Origin: a virus
Taxonomy: Duplodnaviria; Caudoviricetes
Virus record (IMG/VR): IMGVR_UViG_3300025848_000183
Location: 1 to 24,120 of that record
Direction: 5' to 3' (one strand)
Length of the DNA: 24,120 nt
This document shows, piece after piece, positions 22,874 through 24,120 of the stretch. Every line of letters begins with the position of its first letter. Within the stretch, counting starts at the first letter, position 1. The notes under the pieces were generated by a model. The model worked only from the letters and a program-made list of their open reading frames with translations. It ran no database searches and was not told the DNA's origin. The position numbers and the translations under genes were made by a program.

Positions 22874-24120
22874 CACTCCTCGTTCCAGGCGATGGAGACC
22901 GCAGCCGTCACCGTTCCGGCGCTCGTTCCAACAACGATCGTGACGACGTCGTCGCTTGACACGACGATGTCCATCGACTTGAGGTCGATCACCGCTTGTC
23001 CGTTCTTCGCCAGCGCTTGAACAGCAAGGTACGTTCCTCCTGATAGCGCCGTCGCGCTCGTGTCGTAGTGTACGCAGCTCTCGTTCCAAGCGCTGAGCCA
23101 CTGAGCACCGGTCAGGGTCGCGTTCATGTAGAAGTAGACCGTGACGGGGGCGGACCCAGAACCGTCCGTTCCGACGCTCGCACGGAGCGGGAGAACCTCG
23201 CGGAAGTTGATCCGTCCTCCGAAGGTCTTCCCGTTCCTGATGCTCAGGACGGGAACTGCACTAGAGATTCCGCCCTTTGTCGCGGTCGCAGAGAACGGGT
23301 TCCTGACGTGAACGCGGCGACCTTCGACGGCGACGTATCCGCTGGCGCCTTTCACCGTGAGATTTGTCGTTGATCCTAGCGACGCTGCCGCCCAACCGAG
23401 CTTCATCGTCGGGTTTCTGATGCTCGGCTTCGTGTTCGCGTTCGCGTACTTGATCCGGTGAACCAGAGCGAACTGTCCCTCGCCAGGATCTTCGACGTAG
23501 AAGTCGATGTTGCCAGCTCCGAGCCACTGCATCTGGATTTTGTAGACGTTGAGCTTCGTCGTATCCAGGGTCATCCCGGACGGACCGGTACCGTCCATTT
23601 TGTCGACATTCCAGTCAGATTGCGCTGTCCACGTCTCCGTGACCACGGCTCCCGCGCGAGTCGCCGCGAACGTCCCTGCCGCCGTCCCCGTGCTTGAGAA
23701 GGAGAATGTTCCGGACTTCGCTCCGACCGCCGTGGCGACGAAGACGACGGTGGCGCCAACCTGAAACGCCGACCATCCAGCGAAAGAGTCAGCGCCGATC
23801 TTCGCGGCCGTCGCCGTTGTGCTGCCGCTGGAAAGGCTGACGTTCGTTGCGACGCCAGCGAGGGTAACCGTCCCGGTCTCCGCTCCGCCGGCGCCGACCG
23901 TTACCGTGAGCGTGCGAATCTCGAGCGCGCCCTCTGTTCCGCGCAAGATGCCAAAACTCGTCCCGTTGTACCCGAAACAGAGCGAGTTCTCCGACGTGAA
24001 CAGACCGGCCTGCTGAAGACTGCTGGCCACGCCGGCCGTGAACATCGCCGTGAACCGAGCCATGTACCCCTGGCCGGCACGGTACCTTCCGTCGCGACGA
24101 GAGCGAACGACGCCGTACCC
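22873..24120 (-). CDS. beta-rich putative structural protein (>415 aa), start lies beyond the window
   Basis: Frame stays open to the edge (GYGVVRSRRDGRYRAGQGYMARF...). Thr/Gly/Ala/Ser-rich. QSDWNVDKMDGTGPSG..LD..KLNVYKIQMQWLGAG pattern suggests a ConA-like beta-sandwich. Confidence 0.75.
   Translation of the reverse strand, partial: GYGVVRSRRDGRYRAGQGYMARFTAMFTAGVASSLQQAGLFTSENSLCFGYNGTSFGILRGTEGALEIRTLTVTVGAGGAETGTVTLAGVATNVSLSSGSTTATAAKIGADSFAGWSAFQVGATVVFVATAVGAKSGTFSFSSTGTAAGTFAATRAGAVVTETWTAQSDWNVDKMDGTGPSGMTLDTTKLNVYKIQMQWLGAGNIDFYVEDPGEGQFALVHRIKYANANTKPSIRNPTMKLGWAAASLGSTTNLTVKGASGYVAVEGRRVHVRNPFSATATKGGISSAVPVLSIRNGKTFGGRINFREVLPLRASVGTDGSGSAPVTVYFYMNATLTGAQWLSAWNESCVHYDTSATALSGGTYLAVQALAKNGQAVIDLKSMDIVVSSDDVVTIVVGTSAGTVTAAVSIAWNEE

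Noticed and set aside
22874-23101. N-terminal extension of the 567-aa terminase ORF
   Set aside because: It overlaps the upstream gene in another frame. ATG 22873 in a TGATG overlap puts Walker A at the usual position.
1-24120. Alternative genetic code or stop-codon reassignment
   Set aside because: Core genes (TerL, portal, MCP) are intact and of normal length under the standard code, ending at TGA stops coupled to the next start.

Overview
GC-rich, gene-dense segment of a tailed dsDNA bacteriophage or prophage with podovirus-type (P22-like) organisation. All credible genes are on the minus strand and most are linked by ATGA/TGATG/GTGA overlaps. In transcription order (right to left): a truncated beta-rich putative structural protein, large terminase, portal, a small protein, a GroES-like co-chaperonin, scaffold, a non-coding leader with a sigma70-like promoter, palindrome and RBS-occluding hairpin, a hypothetical protein, a putative capsid decoration protein, major capsid protein, a beta-helix protein, a long hairpin, a Zn-ribbon/LamG-like fusion, head-tail adaptor, tailspike, P22 gp10-like hub, four putative ejection proteins, a small beta protein, an HExxH lipoprotein, a Gly-rich fibre/adhesin and an XhlA-like membrane protein. 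The most unusual part is 1-768: a long RNA hairpin followed by a chain of overlapping micro-ORFs of 23-75 aa (hydrophobic, amphipathic-cationic and Trp/Cys/His-rich peptides), mostly missed by the ORF track, in the position where lysis genes would be expected. No endolysin, small terminase, integrase, tRNA or CRISPR array was recognised. All protein assignments rest on motifs and gene order read by eye, not on database searches.
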